NCBI GenBank assembly: GCA_003971905.1
Contig: RSEE01000014.1
Coordinates: 124,001 to 188,000, forward strand
DNA length: 64,000 nucleotides
Reading direction: 5' to 3'
From: Moniliella sp. 'wahieum'
Taxonomy: Eukaryota
The translations under genes and the position numbers were made by a program. The notes below the pieces were generated by a model. That model was not told the DNA's origin. It worked only from the letters and a program-made list of their open reading frames with translations, and did not search any database. Shown piece by piece: positions 12,550-25,630 of this stretch (within the stretch, counting starts at the first letter, position 1; every line of letters begins with the position of its first letter).

Positions 12550-15500
12550 ATGACCGATCCCCAACAAACCGATCTGTCCGCCTTCTTGAACATGAACCAC
12601 GGCTCCGCCACCCCCTACGGCCACCCAGCTCGGGTGCACCCCCTTCGATGATCCCCTCTCTGAGCGGCACTAGTCTTGCCCCCGAAAATTTCTCTTCTCT
12701 GTTAGACATCAACATGGCTCCCTTTGATCCCGATCACATCCCCACGGGTGCCACTCCCCTGTTTGGTATGCCTCCTCCTACCCTGGCCGACGCTGGCTTC
12801 GCTACCGACTCTGGTGCCGAATTTGGCGATTCGATGACGTCGACCCGACCGTTTGGTGCCTATGATACGCAGCCCTCGGCCCCCATGGCCTTCCCACCGT
12901 CAGCACCTGCTTCTCAAAATGGAGTATCCATGGGTCTGGCACGTACGGGCCAAGGCACGATGGGTACCTCCTCTGCCCCCCTTCCTTCTGACGCCCCGCT
13001 TGACCAACCGATGATGGGCGCGGCGATGCCTATTTCTATGGACTCGGGCTACCACCAGCGTATTCTTCAGTATCACCGCAGTCTTGCCCAACACCGCCTA
13101 GGCCCGCAACCTCTCCCCCCCGCCCCTATGTCTGGCAACGGTATTCCGGCCACTATGCAAGGGGGGCAGTCGTCGCTGTCTCTGCAAGAGCGTCGCCGCC
13201 AGAAACGGCTGGAGCAACAAGCTGCGCGCCAGCGCCAGATGTCTCAACACATCACATCTTCTCAACCGAAGCGCACAGCTTCGTGTACGGGGTTCACTCC
13301 TGATTTCCAGCCGCCGCCCCATAGCCGCGCAAAGATGACAGAGGCGGCTCCGGCTGCCGCTCCGGTGCGATCATCTGATTCCAAGACCACAGGCCTCAAC
13401 ACGACGCAGGAAGGCGTCCTCCTTCCTTCCTCCGCAAGTGTGCAGGACACTGTCGACGGTCGTCAGGCAGAGGCTCCGTCTAAGGAATTGTCGCCACAGA
13501 TACCGCACCATCCCTACTCTGCGTCCGGTTTGATGTTCTCAAAGCACTTATCAAGGTTGCTTCGCGACCCAATCCGATGGTCAACATTGGTCCGGTGGAC
13601 CAGTCGTGTTCCTTTACGATTGTCGATGTGGAATTACCGGACCAGCCGATCGTCTACTGCTCGGACACGTTCCTTCGTCTGACGGGGTACGAGGAACACG
13701 AGGTGCTCGGGCGGAACTGTCGGTTCCTTCAAGCGCCTGCCGGCTGGTGCAGAAGGGCTCGGAACGATATGCAACGGACCACCAAGCGGTTGAGCATCTG
13801 GCCAAATTTTTGGCCCAAACCAAAGAGTGCCAAGCGAGTCTGATCAACTATCGTAAAGATGGCCAACCGTTTATCAATTTGGTCACGATTGTGCCCATCA
13901 CGTGGAACGATGCGGAGCGGATCAAATACCTGGTGGGCTTCCAGATTGACTTGGTGGAGCAACCCGGGTCAATTGTGGAAAGAGCCGGATGGTTCGTACT
14001 TTGTCAATTACTCGGCCATCAACACCGACGGCCTCTGGCCCGGCAGGGCTGACGGCGCTTGCGTCTCACGCTTTCTCCCCCGAGGCTCGTGGGCCCCGGC
14101 GACGGTAAACCTAACCCCCGAGGAACTGGCGATGGAGCGCAAGTTGGACAATGCTGAGAATGTAGCCAAGGCAGTGAAGGGCAAGTTGGAGCAGCCCTCG
14201 TGGGCCAATTTGATCCTAGACAATGCGCACGACCTTACCTTTGTCCTCTCGCTCAAGGGCACCATCTTTTACATGTCTCCGTCGGTCGAACACATTCTTG
14301 GGTTCTTGCCCTCGGACCTGATCGGCTGCTCGATCGCCGACTTTACCCATCCTTCAGACGTGGTACCGGTATTCCGGGAACTGAAGGACTCCACCTCCAA
14401 CGCCTCCATTGCTGCCTCGGCCCGCTCGGCGTCCCACCGTCGTGGACGCACCCAACGCGACTTGGCACCCACGGTCAACCTGCTGTTCCGTATGCGCTGT
14501 AAAAGCAACTCGTACCGTTGGATCGAATCGTCGGGCAAGTTGCATCTCGAGCAGGGCAAAGGGAGGAAAGTTGTTGTCTCGACCGGACGGCCGCGACCTG
14601 TGTATTACCTTGCGCAGGACATCCTCACCCCATGGCTTCGACCCAACTGGGATTTTGGGCGCGCGTGTCGACGGACGGGTTGTTCCTCAATGTGCTTTCG
14701 CCCGTGGCAAACGTACTGTGTGTACCGCCGCGCGCATTGATGGGTAAAAAGTTCCATGAACTGTGCGAGCCTGCTGCGCAGTCGCGCTGGCCAGGCGGTA
14801 CACACGGCCCATCCGACAGCTGTGTTGCATACCCTGTCGGCGACCGAGGGACAAACAGTGAATGTAGTGTCGAGTTTGTATCCCAGCCCATTGATGGAGC
14901 CGGAGACGGTGCATGCATCGGCGCATGTGAGCGTCTGGATGCACATTGCGCGTGCCACCACACAAGCAGAACGAGTGGCCCGCCAACCTCGTCCTTTGTC
15001 CCGACAAGACCGCCAATGAGGAAAAAGAGGAGTCGAACGTGTTTTGCGAGATGGCGCCAGGACGTGGATCGAGTTGGTGCTACGAACTACACTTGCTCAA
15101 AAACATCAATCGACGACTGAAGGAAGATCTGCGTACGGTGCACAAGAACCGTCTCGGATCCCGTTCCCATTCCTCTTGCTCGACCCCACTTTACCTGTGG
15201 GACGGCGCCGTCGGGCCAAGAACGCACCTTTGACCGATGCTGCAATTCGGAGATGCTCTACTCGGCGCTGCAGCCTCAACCCGGCGAGCGTGGACCGTTT
15301 GCTCCTGTCCAGGGCAAGCCACTTTGCACCCGTTCCTCCTCTTCCGAGGAAGGCAGCGCAAGTGGGAGTGGGAGTGGGAGCGGGAGCGGGAACGGAAGCG
15401 GGAACAAGGACCGGGGCGGCACCAGTCGCTCTTCCACTACCCCCACCGTGTCCAACCCGGGCTCAGGGATTCGGTCCACCGTCTCCTCGGACCTGTTACC

Positions 15501-15775
15501 ACGAGAAGGTTCCGAGTCGACCAGTGCCACTTCGCAACTTGCGTCTGAGGAGAGTGGGAAAGAGGTCGGCAAGCCTGATCCTCCCCTTCGTCGGCCGCGA
15601 CCGTACGATATGACCTCGGGTCCGGGACTCCACCAAGTCGTCTCTCCTCCTCGGTGCGGATTACCTCACGTACCTCCCTCCCGCTTCGTTTTCGCGCGAC
15701 GCCTTGGGTTCTGGCACGGGCTCCGGCTCTGCCTCTGCCTCTGCCTCCGGCTCCGGCACAGGATTCGCACCTTGA
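12550..15775 (+). CDS. wc-1: White collar-1 blue-light receptor (LOV + PAS-B + PAS-C, no GATA finger); several 1-nt indels
   Basis: LOV signature GRNCRFLQ at 13709-13732, flanked by [17 protein letters not shown] and [16 protein letters not shown] motif [15 protein letters not shown]...[14 protein letters not shown]-terminal [21 protein letters not shown] followed by a Ser/Gly tail. Confidence 0.95.
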
Positions 15776-17501
15776 TCTCAATTCATTCATCCTCCCGAGC
15801 TGTGTACCGGTTTATTTTGTCCCCTTCTGCATCGTTTTTGTTCGTGGTAGGCTGTTCTTCCATGACAACATATGTGACATGTGGCATGATGGGACGATCC
15901 TCTCCTTTTGACGCTTCTCATCTCTCTCCCCCCTCTGGGTTGTTCTTGTTCTTTGTTTCTTTTCCTGTTCGCCCATCCCGCATCCTCCTTGTTTTTTGTT
16001 GGTTGCGGGGGTACCGTTGATCATGTCGATTGGCATACTCGGTCGCAGCTGCTACGTGCTGTTGTTGTCTGTTTTGTATCTTGTTCGTACCTCGTGGACT
16101 GTTGTTTGGTGGCGAAATTAGGCGCAGCGAAAACCCCTGCACCTGTGGTCCAGCACGCACCTGTGGTTCGTGCTCGCGTTACGTTGGCCATATGCAGCCT
16201 GCATGGTCCATTGGCGCAGGGTGAACGTTGAACGTTGTACATTGATTGATAGTATCTTCCTACTTGCTATTCTACCCGCGACTTTAGTATCAGTAGATGC
16301 GAGACCTTCCTCCGATAGGAGATAAGTCAGCGAGGCAATGGAGGATAAGCTGTACATATGCTCTCTCTTCAGTGGCCATATTATGCTCGGTAGTCAACTT
16401 CTCGCCTCCACACCTTGAGACCAGGCGAGGCATTCCCACTCCCGTTGGCAGCGCACTGCTAGACCAAACCCACATCCATTCCATCCAGACGGAGAACGTG
16501 ACTAGTAGTACTAAGGAAGATACAGCAGGGTGAAATGACACGCACGACGAATAAGTGCACTACACTCGGCTTGGTGAACTTATGAACCGAAAGAAGAAGG
16601 ATGAAAAAGGAGAGTATCATAGGAGAGTATAGGGCGGGCTACCAAGCACACCACAGAACAACAACCCTCTGGATCGAGATCACACTCACTTGTGATCAGA
16701 ATGAGGATGGTGTGCTTGCTTGCAGGGGGAGCTATAGTAGTACCAGATCCACATGAAGCAGCGAGAACTTTTGGCACAGCCATCGTCACTCTGCCAATGA
16801 TTCTCACTTCCTGATACATTATAGGTAGACCCCCCTCCTTGAACTCCTCGTATATCCAAATATCACATAGGGAGACTGCCGGGTGGTGGAGCACGGCGGT
16901 TGAGGCGACGACGACGACCTTCGCAGACCATTGTCTGAAACACCTTCCCTTAAACCGATGACCGAAATGTCTGTCCGTACGCAACGCGCCAACGAAGAGA
17001 GAGGAAAGTAGTATAGTGGGAGACATTCAGTTGGTACTATCTTGGCACCCTGTTCCTGTTCCTGTGGGCTTTGCCCGAAACGAGAGGGCAACATGAGAAG
17101 GCAGGATGGACCTTGCAGCCGCCTGTGCCTCGCAAGTCTCGCTGGACGATTGTGCGGGTCACAGTGGGAGCGCGTGGGTCCGGACCGTGGGCGACGACAG
17201 AGCGGATGGGAGAAGCGGCGCGGGCGTGAAGACCTAGTATGAGTTTACGTTTAATACCCGTCGCTGTCGTGGCAGCGTACTTCTGTTCTTCTGTCCTCTT
17301 TTCTGTTCTTCTGCCCTTTTATACTCACCGCGTTGAGTGCCTATCGATCATCGAGATCATCTATCTACCCTATCAACCCCATTTATCCCATCTACCTCGT
17401 CCCTCTCACCAATCGATCCACAGGTACGCCGCCTGCGCAACGCGCAGCAAAGTCGCTCGAGTAGGACTGGGAATCATGCATATCGCGCTCTCTGTCCTGT
17501 C

Positions 17502-20500
17502 TCACGCCGCTGTTCCCACCAGCGCCGGTGTGGGCGCCCGGTCAAACAGCAAGCGGCGTGGGGGGGGGATGTAGGTCGTGTACTGACGAGCGAAGGTAGG
17601 CCCGTACCCAAGCCATGGGTGGCTTGCCCATGATTATGCGCTCGGACACACCTTCGATCCCATCGTTCTTCCCAAACAGCGCGGCATCAAACAAGTGGTC
17701 CGTCGTCTTTTCAAACGACGCGAGCATCAGCACGCTGTCCTTCATCTTGGCCACACCAAAGCGCGTGATGCCCAGTACTTCGCCCTTGTACGACATGACG
17801 TCCGCCAAGAGCATGACGTGGCGCGGATCGACGCCCAAGCCATGTGCGCTCATGGTTTCTTGAATCTCGTTGTAGATGGAGGAACGGGCAGCTTCGATGC
17901 CCAACACGTCGCACATTTCCATCACGTGGTTGGTGTAGGTATGCGTGCCGACGACGCCGACGGTGGTCATGACTTCCTTGAGGCCGTAGCCTTCGGCCCG
18001 GACCTTGTAAATTCCCTTTTCGGGCGTGACGATCGCATGGAGAATATGTTGGTTGCCAGCGACTACAATCGAGTCCAATTGCCGCCGCAGCGCCGAGAGC
18101 GCATACGACCCATTCTCATCTTCTCGGTCAATGTAGATCCGGATCCGGCCCAGCTTCTCCGACATTTGCACACGCGACTCGTTGATGCGCAACTTGGGCG
18201 TCTTGACAATCGCCCGCTTCACGTCCGCCACACTGATTTCCAACTGCAGTTTGGAGATGGTCTCGAGATCGACGTGCAGGCCAATGTAGGCATAATCCCG
18301 TCCTACCACCTCCTCCACCACACTCGTCACGTCCGTCAAGTACGTCTTCTCGATCCGGCCCTTGACGATCCGTGCCGCTGCCTCGCTCTTGTCCGATACC
18401 AAGCTGGTTTCGATGATCGGGGTGGAAATCACCTTGGCGGCATTGATGATCTCTTTGATCCGCGGTACACCGCGCGTGACGTTCATTGAGGCCACACCGG
18501 CAAAGTGGAAAGTTTTGAGGGTCATTTGTGTGCCCGGCTCACCAATGGATTGAGCGCCGATCGCTCCGACAGCCGTGCCCGGTTCGACCTTGGCACGCAT
18601 ATATTTTTCCCAGCACAACTGCAAGAACTTGTCCACGGCTGCTACGGTGACCTTGGTCTTGTTCTCCACCACTTGGATCGACGCAGCGTCCGCACCCATG
18701 GTCAGGTCCGTATCTTCGTCCCAATCCCTTCGCGTTCTTGTGCCGGGTAGAGACCATAAGCCTCCCGAATCTGCGCGGCACGCTTCACCACCGAATCCAG
18801 GATGAACGCACGGATCTGTTGGCGGTACATGAGCGTGGACTGGGCAAAACGAGGCTGGGCAAGATGCTTGTCCACCAGCTCTGTGATTTCAAACGGCAAC
18901 AAGGTGCGCGAGGGAACGTTGCGCGTGATGGCGCGCGCGTGGCGCCAGGTGCGCATGTACTCGACTGGCAGTGCATCGGCTTCGAGTTCGGCCGGGTCCA
19001 ACCCATCGTCTCCATAGACGAATTGGACCACGCCTCCTACCGAGTTACGGACCGAGGTGTCGTAGTGCGTCGACAGGTCTTCCAGCGCCTTCATCAATCG
19101 ACGTTGCATGTACCCCGTCTCGGCCGTCTTAACTGCCGTGTCGACGAGACCCTCACGGCCCGAGATGGCGTGGAAGAGGAATTCGGTGGGGGTAAGGCCA
19201 GTGTAGAAGGAGTTGCGAACAAACCCTTTGCTCGGCGGGTCCTTGCTCTTCTTGGCAAAGTGCGGGAGCGAACGTTCTTGGAACCCATTGGGAACACGCT
19301 TGCCACTAATGATTTGCTGTCCTACACAGGCCACCATTTGCGCCACATTGATCGTGGATCCCTTGGAACCACATACGGCCATTACCAGCGGAGCGTTGTG
19401 GCGACTCAGCTCGGACATGCAGATGTCACCCACATTTCCGCACATCCGACAGCACGCCCGAAATCTTGTTTTCCAGCGTCAGGTCTTGGTCGCACCCAGG
19501 CTCGTTTTGCAGCTGGCCCAACTTGGCCTTCTCGATCAGGTCCAAGCAGCGCATAGGCAACCTCGACCTTATCGTCCTTGTGGGTTGACAGCTTGATGCC
19601 CGGCATGAATCGTTAATGCCCAAGGAAAAGCCTTGGTTGGTCAACCAGCGTGCGCACGTCTTGGCCAACCGGTTCAACCTTCGCTCGCCACGTTCGAACC
19701 ATAGTCGCGCTGCATCACACCAAAGATGGAGTTCTTCTGCATCTCCCACCGACGCCTTGTCCACCACACCACACATGATCTCACTGTTGAATCACGAGGA
19801 AGCCATCGTTGGGCGACATGTCCTCAATGTACCCAGCGCGCGGCTTTTCAAACGTACGGCACTTGGCCTCTAAGTGACCAGCACATGGCCCGCTTCGCGG
19901 TTGTTGGGGCGCATTAATAGGCCAAACGCTTGCTTGCCGTCCAGAGCCGCTCTGGCTTGAGGTTGGTGGCGGCGGAAGGTCAATGTGCGAGTGCCATCGC
20001 CAAACGCAGCGCACACCGGGCCAACTGGGCACGGTTGAACAGCCGGTACGCTTGGTCAAGAGGTACGAACGGGTAGGTAATAAAGTCTTGGGTCGCCGCA
20101 ATGATCGGTTCGCCGTTGCGGGGAGTAATCAGGTTGTTTTTGACGCCATCAAAGATGGTGGCTCGGTACGGGCCTCTTCGTCTGGGGAACGTGCATGTTC
20201 ATCTCGTCGCCGTCAAAGTCGGCATTGTAGGGGTTGCAGACACACTCGTTGAACGGAACGTACGCCATGGCCGCACCTTGACGCGGTGGGTGGCTCATGA
20301 TGGACAAGCTTGTGCAGCGAAGGTTGCAGGTTAAACAGCACAATGTCATGTCGTGAATGTGGCTTTCGACAATGTCGCCAATCTTGAGGTGCTGGCGCCT
20401 TCTTCGCGTCGCGCCATAAACTTGATCATACGCTTAAAGCCGGTCACCCATCCTCAATAAAGTTGGCACCAGGATGCACGTCCGGACCATGATCACGGCC

Positions 20501-21785
20501 TGTCGGAGTTTTCAATGTTGTGTTCGTTGACGCGCTCAGGGTAGGTCAAGATCTTGGCACACGCTCGGGCACAGCCACCTCGTCAATACGCAAGTTGGGG
20601 TGGTGGAGATGACGGTACGACCGAAAAAGTCGACACGTTTGCCGCTCAGGTTCCCACGGAACCGACCTGCCTTACCCTTGAGTCGTTGACAGAACCCGCG
20701 AAACCGGTTTCCCCGCGCCAGGACCCATGCTATGCGTACACCAGGCAGCTCCGAATTGATGTAGAGTGCACAGGTCATTTGGGAAAGTCCCATTGCCGAC
20801 GAGCTGGTTGATGGGCGCGCCGCGCGAGATGGAGGTGCGCACCAACGCATTGGCAAACACAATCTCAGCAATCTTGATTGTCAGGTCATCCTCGTTGGTC
20901 GCCGTCTCTTGCTGCACGGCAGGGCGGATGCAAACGGGGGGGACGGTGATATACTGCCACAGATACTCCTCCGGGCGACCGTGTTCAGGACGGAGACCTA
21001 GCAGCTCGCAGTCCTCGTCCGAGATGCGTTGAACAGCTCGAGGACCTTGAGTGGGTTCAGGTCGTCCTGTGCACGGTTGAGGTGTTGTTTGACGTCAGTC
21101 CCGCTCCCAGGGCCAGAGCCCGGTGCTGATCATGTACTCGAATGAGTCATAGAACTGAGCTTGTTCTCGGCCGTCTTTTTGGCCCGGAACTTTTCGTGGA
21201 CGATTTTCAACGGCCCCGCCTTCTTGACAACGCCGTTGGTGTTTTGCACAGTGGGGGGGCAGGACGACTTTGCGAGCGGCTGTGTTGACCTGCTTGAAGG
21301 TTTGGTGCGCTTGAGGTTCTCGAGCCCACGACGGCGAAACGCGCGCAAGTACTTGCGTCGGTCCGCTTCGTCGAGCAGACGGTGGAGCAGCTCTTGCAGA
21401 TGACCTGGAGGATGGAGATGGGTGTTAAAGAAGCCGACGTGGAAGACAGGGAGGACGAGTTTGACATAGCCAAAGTGGCCGACACAGTCGCTCATGTCCT
21501 TGTGGCACGTTTCGCATGTGCCGTCCTTGCTGGACACACCCTGGAGCGCACGAGAGGGTCAGAACGAAGGGGCCGGGACAGTGACGAGAGGAGGAAGGGA
21601 GGGAGGGCGGACGTACGAGGCGAGCATCGTTGGGCCCGCCGGGCATGGGCTTGTTGGAGTTGGGCTCATAGAGAGAGCGGTCGACGACCTCGACCTGGGA
21701 GCTCGACAATCTCCGAGGGCGACAGGACGCCGAACTGGATGGACTTGATGCTCTTGGGAGCGCCCGACTTGACGATCTCCTTCAT
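17502..21785 (-). CDS. RPC1: RNA polymerase III largest subunit; intron 21541-21616; many indels
   Basis: N-terminal zinc site [35 protein letters not shown], catalytic [10 protein letters not shown] near 20192-20226, [39 protein letters not shown] and [18 protein letters not shown] (Pol III type). No CTD heptads. Confidence 0.97.
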
Positions 21786-22587
21786 GGTGGGGGGAGGGGG
21801 CGGGCGCAGCCGAGGGAGGCAGCCGCTGGGCGGGGGGCTGTGAGCGGCGATGGGCTGGGCGGTGGGTGGATGCGCCTGGACGAGACGAGCGGCGTTGAAA
21901 AAAGTGGGCGAGGAGCTTAGCTCAGCATGGGCATTTGTGTGCCAGCTGCCTTTGAAACTTGAAAGCGGGTGTGCTTAGGCAAGAAGGGTTGGGCGGGCGG
22001 AAAGGGCAAGCCGGGCGGAACGCACAACGCAGAGCGGCGGCCGGGGGCGCTGGGCTGCCTGCGTGCGTGGGTTTGGTTGGCGCTGGCCCACAGCGCCGCG
22101 GACGCCAGGCGACACTGGCGCGGCGGCCCAGCGCAGCGCAGCCGAGTAGGGTTGCGCTTGCGCTCGTGGATTGTTCTCGAAGCGCGCCGGCATGCGCATC
22201 CAGGCTGGCGCCGTGCCCCCGGGACCCTGGCCACCGCCCGCACGCGGCGAGTGTCGCGCCGCGCCCTGCCCCGCGCCACCCGCCTGCGGCACACGCCAGT
22301 GGGCCGCCGACGCTCACCGGTGGTGCTCGCATCAGCGGTCGTCCTCTTCCCATCCGCGGCCCCGCTTATTGGCGGGAGCGTTACTGCATAGCACAATGGC
22401 GGATGGCCGATGACGAATGGTGCGTGATCGATGATCGATGAGCAACGTCGACGCGGCCGAGCGCCGAGAGGCGTGGTTGGATGCGTGTGCGCTTGGCCGC
22501 TGAGCGGCGTCTGGCCAGTGCACGGCTGCCCACGCCCCCCCCCCACCTGCCGCCCCCCTCTCCACCACCCTCCGCCCCCTGCACGCC

Positions 22588-24003
22588 ATGTCCAGCGCCA
22601 TCAACGGCGTCCACCTGCCTCCCCTTGACGACAGCACCGTCATCAAGGTCCTCGCCACCGTCGGCTCTGCCGCCCCCAATGCCCCTCCCGTCGAGATCGG
22701 GTACAACTCGTGCAAGGTCATTGGCAACGGCTCCTTTGGCGTCGTCTTCCAGGCCACCCTTGTCCAGGGGCTCGAGCCCAAGCCCGGCCAGGAGGAGGGC
22801 CACAAGGACATTGCCATCAAGAAGGTTCTCCAGGACAAGCGCTTCAAGAACCGCGAACTCCAGATCATGCGCATCATTGACCACCCCAACGTGTGCGACC
22901 TGCGCGCCTTTTTCTACTCCAACGGCAACAAGGTACGTTTTCCGCATCCCCCCTTGGCCACACAGCGTGCACTGTCGCTAACCTACCCTTTTCTCCCCTG
23001 CCCGGCAGAAGGACGAGGTGTACCTCAACCTCGTGATGGAGTATGTGCCAGAGACGATTTACCGCTCCTTGCGGACGTATGTCAAGGCCAAGCAAAACAT
23101 GCCCATGATCCTCATTAAACTCTACATGTACCAGCTCTTCCGCTCTCTCGTCTACATCCACTCGATGGGCATCTGCCACCGCGACATCAAGCCCCAAAAC
23201 CTGCTGCTCAATGCCCAGGCCGGCGTGCTCAAACTCTGCGATTTGGTTCGGCCCAAGATCCTCAACCCGGGCGAACCCAACGTATCCTACATTTGCTCTC
23301 GCTACTACCGCGCCTCCTGAACTGATTTTCGGTGCGACCAACTACACAACCAGCATTGGTGCGTACTACCCCCTTCCCTCTGTCTTACTGGCTGGCTGGC
23401 CCCTGGCGGCTATCCTCCCTTTTGGAGCGTTGACGACGTGACTGACCAAGTGGGTCCCATCCATTCTACATAGACATTTGGTCTACCGGCTGTGTCATGG
23501 CCGAACTGATGCAAGGACAGCCGCTTTTCCCAGGTGAGAGTGGGATTGACCAATTGGTAGAGATCATCAAGATTCTCGGCACACCCTCGCGTGAGCAGAT
23601 CAAGGAGATGAACCCGGCGTACATGGAGCACAAGTTCCCGCAAATCCGCCCGCATCCGTTTAACAAGGTCTTCCGTCCGCGCGCACTCGGATGCGATCGA
23701 CCTCTTGTCCCAGTTGCTGTCTACACCCCCACTGCACGGCTGAGTGCAGCCGAGGCCTTGGCTCACCCGTACTTTGACGAACTGCGGCAGCCACCGCCCG
23801 AAGGTCAGACGAGCCATTTGTTGCCGAACGGCCGCCCGTTCCCCCCACTGTTTAACTTTACCCGCGAAGAACTGTCGGTTCGTCCTGACTTGATTGGGAA
23901 ACTGGTGCCTCCGCATGCCGAAGCGGCACTGCTGGCCCAAGGCATCGATGTGCACAACTTTGATCCCATCCCAGCCAGCGCACTACGCGCTTCGCTCGAT
24001 TAG
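22588..24003 (+). CDS. GSK3: Glycogen synthase kinase-3; introns 22933-23008 and 23359-23473
   Basis: [53 protein letters not shown] and [15 protein letters not shown]. Both introns have canonical GT..branch..AG signals. Confidence 0.97.
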
Positions 24004-25630
24004 GACACATTTGTCCGAGCGCCTCCCCCACCACCCAGGCTTGCGAGCAATGCTTCTCGTCCGCCCGACCTGGCTGGACAATGATGCTTTGCCTGGACAA
24101 ATGCAGGTGCCTGTTCGGGCAGTTCAGACTGAACTTGTTTGGACGGACACAGGTCCAGGGGCTTGTTGTTGTTGGCTACGGTGCTCTGGGCTTACGATCC
24201 TACGATCCTACGATCCTATGCTATGTTCCCTTACGCTGTGCTTGTTGCCAACGAGTGTGCGCGAGGGGCAAGCGATTCGATTGTCACATGTCATGGACGT
24301 CTATTGAAGTCGTGTACAAAGTCCCCCCCTCCCTTCCCCTTCCCCCCCCACGTCCCACTCATACATTCTATTTCGTCCCATGTGCGCTTGTCCTACCGCC
24401 TTACCGTGCCCATCTCGCTGGGAGATACCGTGCTCCCTCCAGCTCTGCCTAGGCCGGACGTACCCGGAGCACAGAACTCGGCATCCCGCACACTGCCCCA
24501 CCCTGCGTCCCTGCTGTAGCTGCACTGCACTGGGTGCCCGGCACGATGGGCGCCTTGGTAGAGCATCCTCAGGGTGCGCTGGCACATGGGTTACCGGTTA
24601 CTGGCGCTGCAGCGGGTACTAGGGTAGGTATAGGGTGACTAGTGACTCATATAGACGACCTTGGTAGCAGTGCAACGACGCACGTGGACACGAGGGCATA
24701 CGCGCCGGGGTTTTGGGAGCTTGAGGGCGCGGGGGATAGTGACCTGGGGGTGGAGCTCAAGCAGTAAGTAGTATCTAAGTGGTATCCCCTTAGTAAGGCA
24801 AGTTCATGCTCAAGCTCAGGCTCAGGCTCAGGCCCAGCTTGGGAAGCATTGAATGCTGTGGTGAGGCAATAGCCCCGTCGAGGGCGTGGGGGTTGTGCAT
24901 CCGCGCCCGAGCAACCCAACAACAGCATGGTGCTGGAGGACACTGGACTTTAGTATACTTTGACTGTATAGTGGGGTGAGGCATGTGGGGTGACCAGTGA
25001 GTACTCCGACTGAGTACTGAGTTCAGTCTGTGTGGGGATGGAGCGGCGGGCACTATGGAACGGAGTAGAAGGTGTAGAACGTATAGATCCCGACTACGGT
25101 ATAGTCCGACAGGTGCCAGAGGTACGACCGCAGGACTGAGGCTGGCGTGGGGTGGCGTGCAGGTTCCTGAGGTCGGGCCTGAGGCTCAGGCCCGATGCGG
25201 CAACATACTACCGTATGGTCTGGGCGTGGGGTCCACATGGGTGTCGTCTCGCATATATAGAACTGAGTGTGCATAGCGACTGGAGGACCCGAAGCTGCTC
25301 CGAGGACACCCACAAGGATAAACTAACGAAGGTTGTCGAAAGAGGGACAGGGGAACTATACCATCGTAAAGCTAAGCCAAGCTAAACTAAGCTACTAACC
25401 GATTGCGCTGGGTCCAGAACCTGCCTCATCAGTCGACATTGATCGCACCTAGTACACTGCCCTTTTTCTTTTCTCTTGTGGAGATCCAACTGCACCTGGA
25501 CGCCCATGGGAACGCGCCGGCGCCTTGTGTGCAAGGAAAGGAACTGCGTAGTCAGAGGTACGTTACCTTTTCCACCCGTTCTGCACAGAATGGATTCAAT
25601 TCAATTCAATCCTCCCATTCCCATTCCCAT

